Shown piece by piece: positions 9,330-19,121 of a DNA stretch of 61,158 nt. The notes below the pieces were generated by a model, which saw nothing but the letters and a program-made list of their open reading frames with translations, had not been told where the DNA came from and made no database searches. The stretch is from assembly GCA_030599585.1 (NCBI GenBank), contig JAUVNS010000021.1:1-61158 (forward strand), given 5' to 3'. The translations under genes and the position numbers were made by a program. Numbering within the stretch: position 1 is the stretch's first letter; every line of letters begins with the position of its first letter. This stretch comes from Promethearchaeota archaeon (GTDB taxonomy: Archaea > Asgardarchaeota > Lokiarchaeia > Sigyniarchaeales > SOKP01).

Positions 9330-11558
9330 ATGAAATTGAATACATCGAAGTTTGAGGGGGAATTACATCTTGTTAAAGAGTTTTTGTTAAGTATAAACAT
9401 TCAAGAATCTGAAAACTATAAAGAATGGTATGCCTACTATGTGAAAATCTATGGAAAAAAATATACAAATTTTGATTTATTTATTGTTTATTCAGTAGTC
9501 TACTTAATCTCTCAATTATTTATCGTAAAATTTGTGTTGAATCAAGAGATAAATTCGAATCAAGCTAAAATTACCCCTAGCTTTCTTAAATCAATCCCAC
9601 GAAAAGTTAATGAACTGTTTAACCTTAAAAATGGTATTGAAGTGCGATTTTTTTCTCCTATTATAAATGCGCTTAAAGATTTAGAACCAGAAAAATTCGA
9701 CCAGCTCCTCCTTTTTACTGTAGAGAAAGTGAACTTAATTGATACTCAACTAGAGTATTTTTTTGATGACACTGTTCAAAAGATTGTACACTCTCATATT
9801 AGACACAAATCTGGAGAGTTTTATACACCTCCATTTATCGTGAAAAAAATGGTTGAAGAATCTTATGTTATGGGTGAAAAAGTCATCGATCCGTGCTGTG
9901 GCTCAGGAAATTTTATTATTGAAATAATTAAAACAATTTTAAGCGCGAATTACACTAAAAGAGAAAGAATAGAGGCTATCAAAAAATTATATGGTATTGA
10001 TATAAACCCAATATCGATTTATTTAACGAAAATAAACCTTTTATATTTACTAAAGGAGGATTTTCATCATCTTAACTCCAATTTTGTAACTACTGACTTT
10101 TTGTTTCAGAATTATGCAGAAATGAAAGAAAAATTTGATTTAGTAATAGGCAATCCTCCTTGGTTTACTTTAAGGGATATAGAAAGCCGGGATTATCAAG
10201 AAAAAATAAAAAAATTAGCAGAAGAGCTTGAAATAAAACCACTTCCCAAAAATATCTTAAATATTGAAGTTGCCTCGCTCTTTTTCTATAAAGCTAAAAT
10301 ATCACTTATGAAAGAGAACGCAAAAATTTTTTTTGTTATTACAATGGGTGTTATAACCGGATCTCACGCAGCCCGATTTCGTAATTTTCAAGGATTCTAT
10401 AACATAAATCTATGGAAATTTACTAAACAAATTACTGACATATTCAATATAGACTTTATATGCATTTACGCTCAGAAATCAGCAGAAGATCGAATAATGC
10501 ATAATTTAGAAGTACCTTCATTTCTTTTTTCGGTAAATTCTACTAGTAAAAAATTAAATTACTACGATTCAATAGATTTTTCCTTGGAAAAGACTGAAGA
10601 ACTAGTTCCTTATAATACCGAAACAAAAGGAAATAGGCATTATACAAATAAACTTATCACTAAAGAAAAACAACTCCAGCTTCTTCCAATTAAAACGAGT
10701 GAATACAAGAAATTATTCCATAAGGGAGCAGACTTAAATCCAAGAAATTTAATCTTCATTAAGAAAAAAATTCGAAGTGATTCTCTCATAACAATAAATC
10801 CTGATCAGAGAATCTTCAAGAGAGCTAAAGAACCTTGGGTAAAAATAGAATTCAATAACGAGATTATTGAAAAAGAATATTTGTTTAAAGTGATAAAAAG
10901 TACTGAATTAGTGAAGTTTTATGTGTTTGACTTCTATACCGTCTTCTTGCCATTAAAAAAGGAAAATTTAAGCTTTGATTACCATTCTTTGAAGACGCAT
11001 GCTAAAAAGTTTTACGATAAAATTAATAAGATTTATTTAAATAATAAAAAGGATTCGACGATGAACGAATCTTTAATGGATAACCTAAACCGGTGGGCTA
11101 AATTAATAAATGCTCGTCAAATCTCCAAAATAAAAGTAGTTTATAATAATTCGGGATCAGTTGTTAACTCCGCAGTCGTTCAAGGAGATTTTCTTATTAC
11201 TGGAGACTTAAGCTTTTATTCAACCAATAATATAAACGAAGCGTATTACTTGTCGGCAATTCTAAATTCACCTTTAATGACAAAGCAAGTTCAGATAAAG
11301 AAGAGTTCAAGGCATATTTTTAAAATCCCGTTTGAGATTCCAATAAAAATTTATGATGAGAATAACAAAAATCATAGAAAGCTTGCGGAATTAGCAAAGA
11401 AAGCCCATAAAATAGCTAAAACCTCTACTCTCGAACTAAAAGGGATAAACAATCATACTATATCAAAAAATAAAATCCAATCAATTCTTAGCAAGGATTT
11501 AGCACCGATTTTAAATGAAATCGATGAAATTTTAACTAATGATTTAAGACTTAGCTAA
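9330..11558 (+). CDS. N6-adenine DNA methyltransferase (gamma class, Eco57I/TaqI-like) with C-terminal target-recognition region
   Basis: GEFYTP, motif I DPCCGSG, GIDINP, motif IV GNPPW, C-terminal YYLSAILNS. Confidence 0.9.
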   Translation: MKLNTSKFEGELHLVKEFLLSINIQESENYKEWYAYYVKIYGKKYTNFDLFIVYSVVYLISQLFIVKFVLNQEINSNQAKITPSFLKSIPRKVNELFNLKNGIEVRFFSPIINALKDLEPEKFDQLLLFTVEKVNLIDTQLEYFFDDTVQKIVHSHIRHKSGEFYTPPFIVKKMVEESYVMGEKVIDPCCGSGNFIIEIIKTILSANYTKRERIEAIKKLYGIDINPISIYLTKINLLYLLKEDFHHLNSNFVTTDFLFQNYAEMKEKFDLVIGNPPWFTLRDIESRDYQEKIKKLAEELEIKPLPKNILNIEVASLFFYKAKISLMKENAKIFFVITMGVITGSHAARFRNFQGFYNINLWKFTKQITDIFNIDFICIYAQKSAEDRIMHNLEVPSFLFSVNSTSKKLNYYDSIDFSLEKTEELVPYNTETKGNRHYTNKLITKEKQLQLLPIKTSEYKKLFHKGADLNPRNLIFIKKKIRSDSLITINPDQRIFKRAKEPWVKIEFNNEIIEKEYLFKVIKSTELVKFYVFDFYTVFLPLKKENLSFDYHSLKTHAKKFYDKINKIYLNNKKDSTMNESLMDNLNRWAKLINARQISKIKVVYNNSGSVVNSAVVQGDFLITGDLSFYSTNNINEAYYLSAILNSPLMTKQVQIKKSSRHIFKIPFEIPIKIYDENNKNHRKLAELAKKAHKIAKTSTLELKGINNHTISKNKIQSILSKDLAPILNEIDEILTNDLRLS

Positions 11559-11646
11559 ATTTGGATATAATAAAATAAAAGGGCAAATTTGTATTATTAA
11601 TAATAAATTGGTTATTAGGATTAATTTTTAATTTACACGATACAAA

Positions 11647-12168
11647 ATGAGGAACTTCGTTTTTAAGATACTCGTAGGCGGTGATGGCGCTGCAGGTAAA
11701 ACCACGCTACTCAGAAAATTTGTAGACGGTACCTTCGATGCTTCTAGTATTGCAACTGTTGGAGTCGATTTCTTCATTAAACAGGTAATTTTTGAGGATA
11801 TAGGAAATTGTACGCTTCAACTTTGGGATTTGGGAGGTCAAGAACGTTTTCGACATTTATTAGAAGCCTTTATAATGGGTGCAAAAGGAGCGCTTTTGTT
11901 GTTTGATCTTACAACGATGCCAAAAATCGATCACATTTTAAATTGGGTGAATATAGTTAGAATGCACGATCTTGATCTTCCGATATTACTTGTTGGAACG
12001 AAACTTGATTTGGAGGAATTTATTGCTGTTGATGACGAATCAGCAAAAAGCATAAGGAATACATTTCATATGATTGACTATATAAAGACTTCTTCTAAAA
12101 CGGGAATTAATGTCGAGAAAGTCTTTGATGTAATGGTCCAAGAATTAATGAAAAAAAATAAATTTTAG
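11647..12168 (+). CDS. Rab-like small GTPase
   Basis: G1 GDGAAGKT, G2 TVGVDF, G3 WDLGGQERF, G4 TKLD, G5 TSSK; no C-terminal prenylation Cys. Confidence 0.93.
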   Translation: MRNFVFKILVGGDGAAGKTTLLRKFVDGTFDASSIATVGVDFFIKQVIFEDIGNCTLQLWDLGGQERFRHLLEAFIMGAKGALLLFDLTTMPKIDHILNWVNIVRMHDLDLPILLVGTKLDLEEFIAVDDESAKSIRNTFHMIDYIKTSSKTGINVEKVFDVMVQELMKKNKF

Positions 12169-12210
12169 AATTAAAGTTAACCTACTCACTTTTTATCCTT
12201 GAACTGAACT

Positions 12211-13011
12211 ATGAACGACGAATTAGTGATTTTAGGCTCTGGAGGTGGACGACACCACATTAGAACGCAATATAGAGCTACAGGGGGTATTCTTTATAAA
12301 TTCAACGGAACTCAGGCCCATATTGATCCCGGGCCCGGTGCTATAGTTCGAATCAATCAATACAAAGAAGATCCTACAAAGACGGAGCTTTTTATTGTTA
12401 CTCACATGCATATTGATCATTTTAACGACCTTTGCGCTATAATTGAAGCATCGAGAGAACAGCTCCACGATAGAAATTATAATTATTTTAAAAAAGGAAC
12501 TCTTATAACAACCGAAGAAGTTTTAACTTTCGTACCAAATTACCACCAAACCATGCTAGAACGCATAATTCCCTTTACACCAGGCGAAAAGTTTGATTTT
12601 AAAGGTGTTAAAATAGTTGGTACTAAAACTATTCACTCGAGAGTTGAAGGTTTTGGAGTTATATTCAAGCTAGAAGATTATTCGATCGCATTTTCCAGCG
12701 ATACAAAAGTTTTTGACGGGTTCTCGAAACAATTTGCTGGTGTAGATGTGTTGGTGTTAAACTTACTAAGACCGGACTCTATCCACTGTCGACGGCATGT
12801 TTGCACAGACGAGGTTATCCCTTATTTAAATAAAATTACTCCACCGCTAAAGGGTCTGCTAATTACTCATTTTGGAAGCTACATGGATAGCCCTTTTTCC
12901 CCAAAAAATTATATCCCAAGCCAAATCGCAAAATTAAGGGAAGAGACCAATATTAGAACAATAATTGCTGCAGAAGACGGCTCTAAACTTAAAATTTCGG
13001 ATTTTTTATAA
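12211..13011 (+). CDS. MBL-fold metallo-hydrolase
   Basis: LGSGGG, IDPGPG, THMHIDH, SSDT, THFG. Confidence 0.9.
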   Translation: MNDELVILGSGGGRHHIRTQYRATGGILYKFNGTQAHIDPGPGAIVRINQYKEDPTKTELFIVTHMHIDHFNDLCAIIEASREQLHDRNYNYFKKGTLITTEEVLTFVPNYHQTMLERIIPFTPGEKFDFKGVKIVGTKTIHSRVEGFGVIFKLEDYSIAFSSDTKVFDGFSKQFAGVDVLVLNLLRPDSIHCRRHVCTDEVIPYLNKITPPLKGLLITHFGSYMDSPFSPKNYIPSQIAKLREETNIRTIIAAEDGSKLKISDFL

Positions 13012-13338
13012 AACTCGTTATTGATATTTGTATGTTTTTAATTTATAATGCTAGTATTTTAAAACACATAATCATATATGTTTATAAGAAGGGAAATTTA
13101 ACACGATAATTTGAGCTAACATTGGATTTCGCCCTCTATTAAGCTCACTGAGTTTAATTCTCTCCCTATTTAGTAAATTTTGCTCAAATACGTCGTTCCC
13201 TTCCTTTCTCTTTTCTGTTATCGCTACATGTGATTGTCAAAGCTAAGTTGGATTCTTCCTCTATTGATTAAGCGCAAAAACGAAAAACAGGAAACTTTTC
13301 AAGAAAAAAATGGAAAAAATGATTGTTTATTTGAGATT

Positions 13339-14763
13339 TTAGACTTTAGACTTTTTGTTTTCAGATAGAGATTGATGATACTTTTTCTCCTTCTCTTCAT
13401 GGAGTTCCATGATATATCTTTTCTTCTCTCGCCATTCTGGACCATCCAGAGGATACCATCTTAATGCCAAAGCGGCTAAAACTAGAAGTATAGCCGGAAT
13501 AATACAAAATGCGAATAAAAGCCCGATTAATGCCATGTCTGTTTGCGGTTGGATAACGCCCGTAGGAACTATAAAACCAAAAGCACCAATGACTGCGAGG
13601 AATATAAAATTAGCTATGGATATGGCCGGTTTTGTTACGATTGCGTTTACGCCGCCATAGATCGCCTCTCTACGCTTTCCAGTGATAAGCTCGTCGTTAT
13701 CAATCGCATCTCCCATTAGCACGGGAATTGCAACCATACCTCCCGCATATCCAATTCCAACGATTAAAAAGGGAATTGCTGCTAGTATAGCGTTGCTCCC
13801 AACAAAAAACAAGATAGTGAATCCTATTGTAATTATAAGCGCGTTTATGATCATCGTCTTCTTTGGTTGCCAAATTGCAATTTTTTTTAGGTTTAGGACC
13901 ATCCCCAAAACTATCCCTATTAAGATTGCTAACAAAACAAAGATCGGAGTTTGACCAGAAATACTATAGTCGATGTAATAAAGGATTCCTGTAGCAAATA
14001 TTGGCAAGACAATTCCGATTAGAAAAGCTGGGATCATAAATATCCAGAAAGGTTTATTTTTCAATGTTAATCTCAATCCTTCTATAAAGCCCTCGTGCTC
14101 TTGGAGTTGAGCAAACATGTTTTCTTTGATCCCAAAGGATGTTACAAATAAGATTAAGGAACTTCCTAAACCAATAAATATTATCACTGGACCGAACAAC
14201 GGATGAGTTCCTTCTTGTCCCGTAAGCAAGATGATCGGTATTAGTAATCCAAGCACTAAATTAATAAATCCTACAACTGCACTATATACCCCTAAACTAG
14301 CTCGTTGTTTAGCAGTCACAGCAATTTCATTCGGGAGAGAGAAAAAGCACACTCCTACAATCGTAAACATCGTATCAAGTAGAAACAGTGCTGCTAGAAA
14401 GTTAATAAAAAGACCAATTTCATTATTCAAGGGCGATATCGGAAACCAACAAAAGATGAACGCTAAACCATAGAAAATCGAACCATAGCGAATATAAGGG
14501 ATTCTTCTGCCGATCTTAGTTCTGGTATTATCAACAAAATAGGACACTATTGGATCGTTTAAGGTATTCCAAATCGCAAATATCAACCACCCAATCGCCA
14601 ATAAGCCAGCATCGGCACCAAGTTTAACTTGGTAAAAAAAAGTAAGATTACCAAACACAAGGCCATTTAACAAGCCATTTGCCAAGCCCCCAACGCTGTA
14701 ACTTAGTTTTATTTTGACTGAAACGTGTTCTTCTGGCATTTCAATAATATCATCCATAATCAA
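13339..14763 (-). CDS. MFS transporter, GPH (MelB-like) family
   Basis: NDPIVSYFVDNTRTKIGRRIPY, DELITGKRREAIY, about 12 TMs. Confidence 0.92.
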   Translation of the reverse strand: MIMDDIIEMPEEHVSVKIKLSYSVGGLANGLLNGLVFGNLTFFYQVKLGADAGLLAIGWLIFAIWNTLNDPIVSYFVDNTRTKIGRRIPYIRYGSIFYGLAFIFCWFPISPLNNEIGLFINFLAALFLLDTMFTIVGVCFFSLPNEIAVTAKQRASLGVYSAVVGFINLVLGLLIPIILLTGQEGTHPLFGPVIIFIGLGSSLILFVTSFGIKENMFAQLQEHEGFIEGLRLTLKNKPFWIFMIPAFLIGIVLPIFATGILYYIDYSISGQTPIFVLLAILIGIVLGMVLNLKKIAIWQPKKTMIINALIITIGFTILFFVGSNAILAAIPFLIVGIGYAGGMVAIPVLMGDAIDNDELITGKRREAIYGGVNAIVTKPAISIANFIFLAVIGAFGFIVPTGVIQPQTDMALIGLLFAFCIIPAILLVLAALALRWYPLDGPEWREKKRYIMELHEEKEKKYHQSLSENKKSKV

Positions 14764-14876
14764 TATTCGTTAAAGTGTTATTTAAAACTTCTATTTAAAA
14801 CCCTAAGTTAGGACTACATGCCTTAATATGGTTAAACAACACGTTAGATTATTTTAATTTCAAAATAAAAAAAGAA

Positions 14877-15032
14877 TTAACTTAAAGGAATCCAGTGTCT
14901 ACAAACAATACATTGAAGAATTCTTTCTAAATGAGCTGAATTATTGCCCAAATCTCTTTTAAGCACCCTGTTAGCCATAACATTACCACATTTTTCACAA
15001 ATATGCAATTTTTTGCTTTCAACCTTTTCCAA
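14877..15032 (-). CDS. Small 51-aa zinc-ribbon protein (below the ORF-track cutoff)
   Basis: Manual translation from TTG: MEKVESKKLHICEKCGNVMANRVLKRDLGNNSAHLERILQCIVCRHWIPLS, with two CxxC pairs. Confidence 0.7.
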   Translation of the reverse strand: MEKVESKKLHICEKCGNVMANRVLKRDLGNNSAHLERILQCIVCRHWIPLS

Positions 15033-15308
15033 TGTTATTAGCCTTTTCGAGAATAGATTTTTGAAGAGTTCTTAATGGAAATGTATCTTATTTCAATCGA
15101 GAAAAATAGTTCTCAGAATAAATACATCAATTTTGTTAAATTAATAGGTTAATTGTTAATAAATTTATTTTTAAGGAAAATTGATGAGTTTTTTTATTTA
15201 ATATGGCTAAAATCAGCGAATTTTTTAATTTCATTGGAGAGGAACGATTATATCCTAATTTAAATCAAATTGATATTATTTAATCATAAATGAGAATTTT
15301 GTTGATCA

Positions 15309-16229
15309 TTAATCAATCAACTGAAGTTCATTTTTATTCTCTTTAGTGGTTTTTAAAACTGTAATTAAAATGGCGCTAAAAACCAATAAGCACCCAATCC
15401 AGCCGTAAGGTGTCATAGTTTCGCTTCCAAAAATGAATGACGCGAAAATTACGGCAAATACGGGTTCTAAAGTGAAAATAATTGCCGTTTGAGTTGGACC
15501 CTGGTGTTGTTGGCTCCAATTTTGAAAGATAAAGGTTCCTGAAGTTACCGCTAAACCCATATAAATAAATATTAACCAAAAGGGCAAACCAACATTCGTA
15601 AGATCGTACGTTTCATTAAATAAAAACGAGCCCCCAAAACTAAAAACGCTAATCACGATTAATTGAACCATGGAATACAAATATACATCTACAATCCGAA
15701 CATATTTATCGTTTAAAACGATAAAAATTGCGTAGAGAACAGCACAAAATAGGACTAAAAAATCTCCAATTATGATATTTGACTCTCCTTCCAATAACAA
15801 TAATACCATACCACTAATAGAAATAACTACGGCAAACCAAACTCTCCTTTTAATGGTTTTTCTAAATCCTAACCAGGTGATAAAAGGCACCATAATAGTA
15901 CTTAACCCCGTAATAAATGCTGCCTTACCCGCTGTAGTTGTTTGAATACCGAGCGTTTGAAACACTATTGCAAAGTAATACATTAATCCCGTCAAGGTTC
16001 CAAATAAGATAATTTTTTTATTAATTCTTTTTATGCGAATCAAATAAGGAATAAATCCAAGAAGCGCAATTAAAAACCTAAGTCCAAGGTATAAAAAAAT
16101 AGGAACTTCTTGAGTGAGATTTTTAGTTATTATGAAGGAAGTGCCCCACAATAGAGTAGTTGTTATTAGTAAGATATTAGCTAGTATTCTTTTTTTTGAG
16201 TTCCCTTGCGCTTCAGTATAATCTTTCAT
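15309..16229 (-). CDS. DMT/EamA family transporter
   Basis: LLWGTSF, TTAGKAAFITGL, IIFTLEPVFA, about 10 TMs. Confidence 0.93.
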   Translation of the reverse strand: MKDYTEAQGNSKKRILANILLITTTLLWGTSFIITKNLTQEVPIFLYLGLRFLIALLGFIPYLIRIKRINKKIILFGTLTGLMYYFAIVFQTLGIQTTTAGKAAFITGLSTIMVPFITWLGFRKTIKRRVWFAVVISISGMVLLLLEGESNIIIGDFLVLFCAVLYAIFIVLNDKYVRIVDVYLYSMVQLIVISVFSFGGSFLFNETYDLTNVGLPFWLIFIYMGLAVTSGTFIFQNWSQQHQGPTQTAIIFTLEPVFAVIFASFIFGSETMTPYGWIGCLLVFSAILITVLKTTKENKNELQLID

Positions 16230-16313
16230 ATAATGAAAGGATGATTTTAAGATTTAAAACTTATAGAAAAAAAACTTAAAAAAAAAAAAGGAATTAATTA
16301 TAAATTCAATTTA

Positions 16314-18440
16314 CTACCAGTGGCGTCTTCCACCGAGTCTAGAAACTTTAAATTGATAATCAGCATATCCCTCAGAACTTATTGGAGTGACTACCACAAT
16401 AGTCTCTATTTTTTTCGTGTCGAACATTAAAGACTTTCCGTATTCTTCGCTATTAATAGGCACATCATAAACGTAATAGAATTCGTGACCCCAGAAAGAG
16501 AATTTCGTTAAGATCGAAACCATAAAGTCTGCTTCAGGGAATGCAGGATATACAGCAGTTAAATCTGCTTCGATATCATAAGTTCCAGTATTATCAATCA
16601 TTTCTACACTTTCAAGATACCAACCTTCATATTCGAAAGCCCAATCTGTTACGTATCTGAAACCGATGTATATATCTTGTCCGACATAAGCTGAGAGATC
16701 GAATTCAAGTTCTACATAATCTCCACTCCATCCATAAAATCCAGGTAAATTATCACGTGCATTATCATGTCCATCAGGATGGATAACATAAGTCGTTAGT
16801 CCTGCTAATTCAAGAGAAGTCCATTCAGACTCCCACGTTCCTTCTGTCGAAACTTGTACGAAAGCAAAATCCCATTCATCTTCAATATCCCAGTAAGTAT
16901 TTATTCTAAGTACAGCATCATCACCTACAGAGATTGGAGTAGCGATCAAACTATTGGTTAAGCTCTCCATTCCAGAATACCATTCTCCACCATCATAAGT
17001 CCACCTATCATATTCATCGACCGGTACAAAAGCAAATTCATCTCCATCAAATTGGAATCGATTTAAACCTCTGAGATCTGGAAAGCTAAGATAATCGGAA
17101 CCAAATGGACTAACTCCAGATATTCCAGTATTGTCACCATCTAACGACCAAGTTGTTCCAAAATCCATACCTGCATAAGTCCATGGAATTTTTTTTCCAG
17201 GGACTTCATGTACGGTTATTCCGGTGCCCTCTAATTCAGGATTAGTATCTGGATTTAAATCTATTGATTCATAACCATATTTACCATCTCCATCGACTAA
17301 GTTAGCAATTCTCCAATCGTGGAATACGTCCATAAAATTCTCGTCATAACCAAGGAAATCAAGGGTTGCTTCGATACCTGCTACTCCAGGAATTCCACCT
17401 TGGACAAATTGACTAAGGAAGGCAGCACCACCATAATGGTCGTTCAAATACATCGCCCATAAGAACGAAGATCCATAATCAGCTAAGATATTATCGTCAC
17501 CTTGATCTCCCCATTCGGTAAGAGAATTATCAGGGGTAAATAAAAATCGTCTGACTTGACCATAATCAACTGGATAACCGCAAAGAGGTTCAGCAAACAA
17601 TGAACAGGCCTCGTTCATCCACGAAGGATCGTTGGTGTTGTAATCGTCGTGGATAAGGTGTTGATACTCGTGTGCGATGATGCTCTCGTAAAGATTTGTT
17701 CGATCAGCATCATCTCCAACTCTATTTTCCCAATCGTGACTATCGATGTTAATAATATTTCTATCGAAATACGTTTCAAAACTCGGAGAGTAGAAACCTG
17801 CTATGTAATATGGATATGTAGGGTCGTAATAAACTTCATCCTTAAAATTATGAACCAAAATCACTTCTCTTGAACTACCATTGTAATAATCTGGCCAGTA
17901 TCCATTATTTCCATCGTGACTGGTAGGTACTCCAAAATAAGTAGTAGTTACCGGATAAATTGTTTCTGTAAATTCTTCTAATAAGTAGTCAATATCATCT
18001 TGGGAAACTACAGGATCGGGTCTAGGATCCGGAAAAAATGTAGTCCAGACTGGGGGATAAGGCCCCCCTGTCCAACCATAGCTTAGGTCAGTTTGAACCC
18101 AGATTTCAGCTAAATCGTTCATAGCTCTCAATTCAAAGGCTGTCCAGTAATAATATCCATAATAATCATCGAGAGACAACCACGTTTCGACATCTCCAAC
18201 GGAGTAATATTCACCAGGGAGAAAAGAAGATTTTAGTCCTCCTGCGGTTTTTAAACCCGAAGGTCTTGCTCCGACTATTGGGATATCTCGACTCCTAAAG
18301 TCTGCATCCATTCGTAATGGTTCGTAATCAGGTAAAGCCGTTTCTGCCGACGTAAATACTGCTAAACTAAAAGTTCCTAGCGCTAACGAACTGAAAAGTA
18401 ATACAAGGATTATTGCGAATGTTTTTTTTTGTGTTTTCAT
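16314..18440 (-). CDS. Secreted zinc metalloprotease (immune inhibitor A / M6-M30-like) with C-terminal beta-sandwich domain
   Basis: Signal peptide, AHEYQHLIH..WMNE, WDIEDEWDFAFVQVS, FDLSAYVG..IGFRYVTD. Confidence 0.85.
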   Translation of the reverse strand: MKTQKKTFAIILVLLFSSLALGTFSLAVFTSAETALPDYEPLRMDADFRSRDIPIVGARPSGLKTAGGLKSSFLPGEYYSVGDVETWLSLDDYYGYYYWTAFELRAMNDLAEIWVQTDLSYGWTGGPYPPVWTTFFPDPRPDPVVSQDDIDYLLEEFTETIYPVTTTYFGVPTSHDGNNGYWPDYYNGSSREVILVHNFKDEVYYDPTYPYYIAGFYSPSFETYFDRNIINIDSHDWENRVGDDADRTNLYESIIAHEYQHLIHDDYNTNDPSWMNEACSLFAEPLCGYPVDYGQVRRFLFTPDNSLTEWGDQGDDNILADYGSSFLWAMYLNDHYGGAAFLSQFVQGGIPGVAGIEATLDFLGYDENFMDVFHDWRIANLVDGDGKYGYESIDLNPDTNPELEGTGITVHEVPGKKIPWTYAGMDFGTTWSLDGDNTGISGVSPFGSDYLSFPDLRGLNRFQFDGDEFAFVPVDEYDRWTYDGGEWYSGMESLTNSLIATPISVGDDAVLRINTYWDIEDEWDFAFVQVSTEGTWESEWTSLELAGLTTYVIHPDGHDNARDNLPGFYGWSGDYVELEFDLSAYVGQDIYIGFRYVTDWAFEYEGWYLESVEMIDNTGTYDIEADLTAVYPAFPEADFMVSILTKFSFWGHEFYYVYDVPINSEEYGKSLMFDTKKIETIVVVTPISSEGYADYQFKVSRLGGRRHW

Positions 18441-19121
18441 ATTTTTTTTACTCTTATTTGTTTTTTATTTTTTATTTCAACTTTTACTTTTTAATATAAA
18501 GTAAGTTTTTGTTTAATTCACGAAATACTAACTGTTTTTCAATGTTTTAGAATATTTCGCGTATTTCCAAAAAGTCTAAATAGACTTTATTCGGGAACAG
18601 TTTATAATTAACCGTTTTTCAATATTTAAAATTTACTGTTTTAATTGATAGATAGGAAAGAGGAGTGGAATTATTTTCCCATTTGGTGTGTTCTACCCGT
18701 GTAGAAAAATCTGGGGTATACCCAAATTGAAAGAAAGCAATTGAATTCTGTGTTCAAAAAAAGGTAGTGAATAAGATTTTGTGAGTGTTTATAATCATTT
18801 GTATATAAATTAGAGATTTTATAGTGCAATTGTGTGTAACACTTAACGTTTAAATAGATGAGGACTATTACTCATACGACAATTTGTTTTTTTGATTTTA
18901 TTTCAACTTTTTTGACTGCATTAAGCAGTCATTCCTTTTTTATAACATGCATAAAACTTGTTTAACCATATTAAACTGACAAAAAAGTGCGAATATTATT
19001 CTCTAGCATTAAATATGTCGTAAAAGCATATTACTAATATAAATATTTATAAATAGCATATAATTAATCCATATAATCAAATTTATTGTTTTGGTTAGAA
19101 ATATAGAAAATTGGTGATTAT

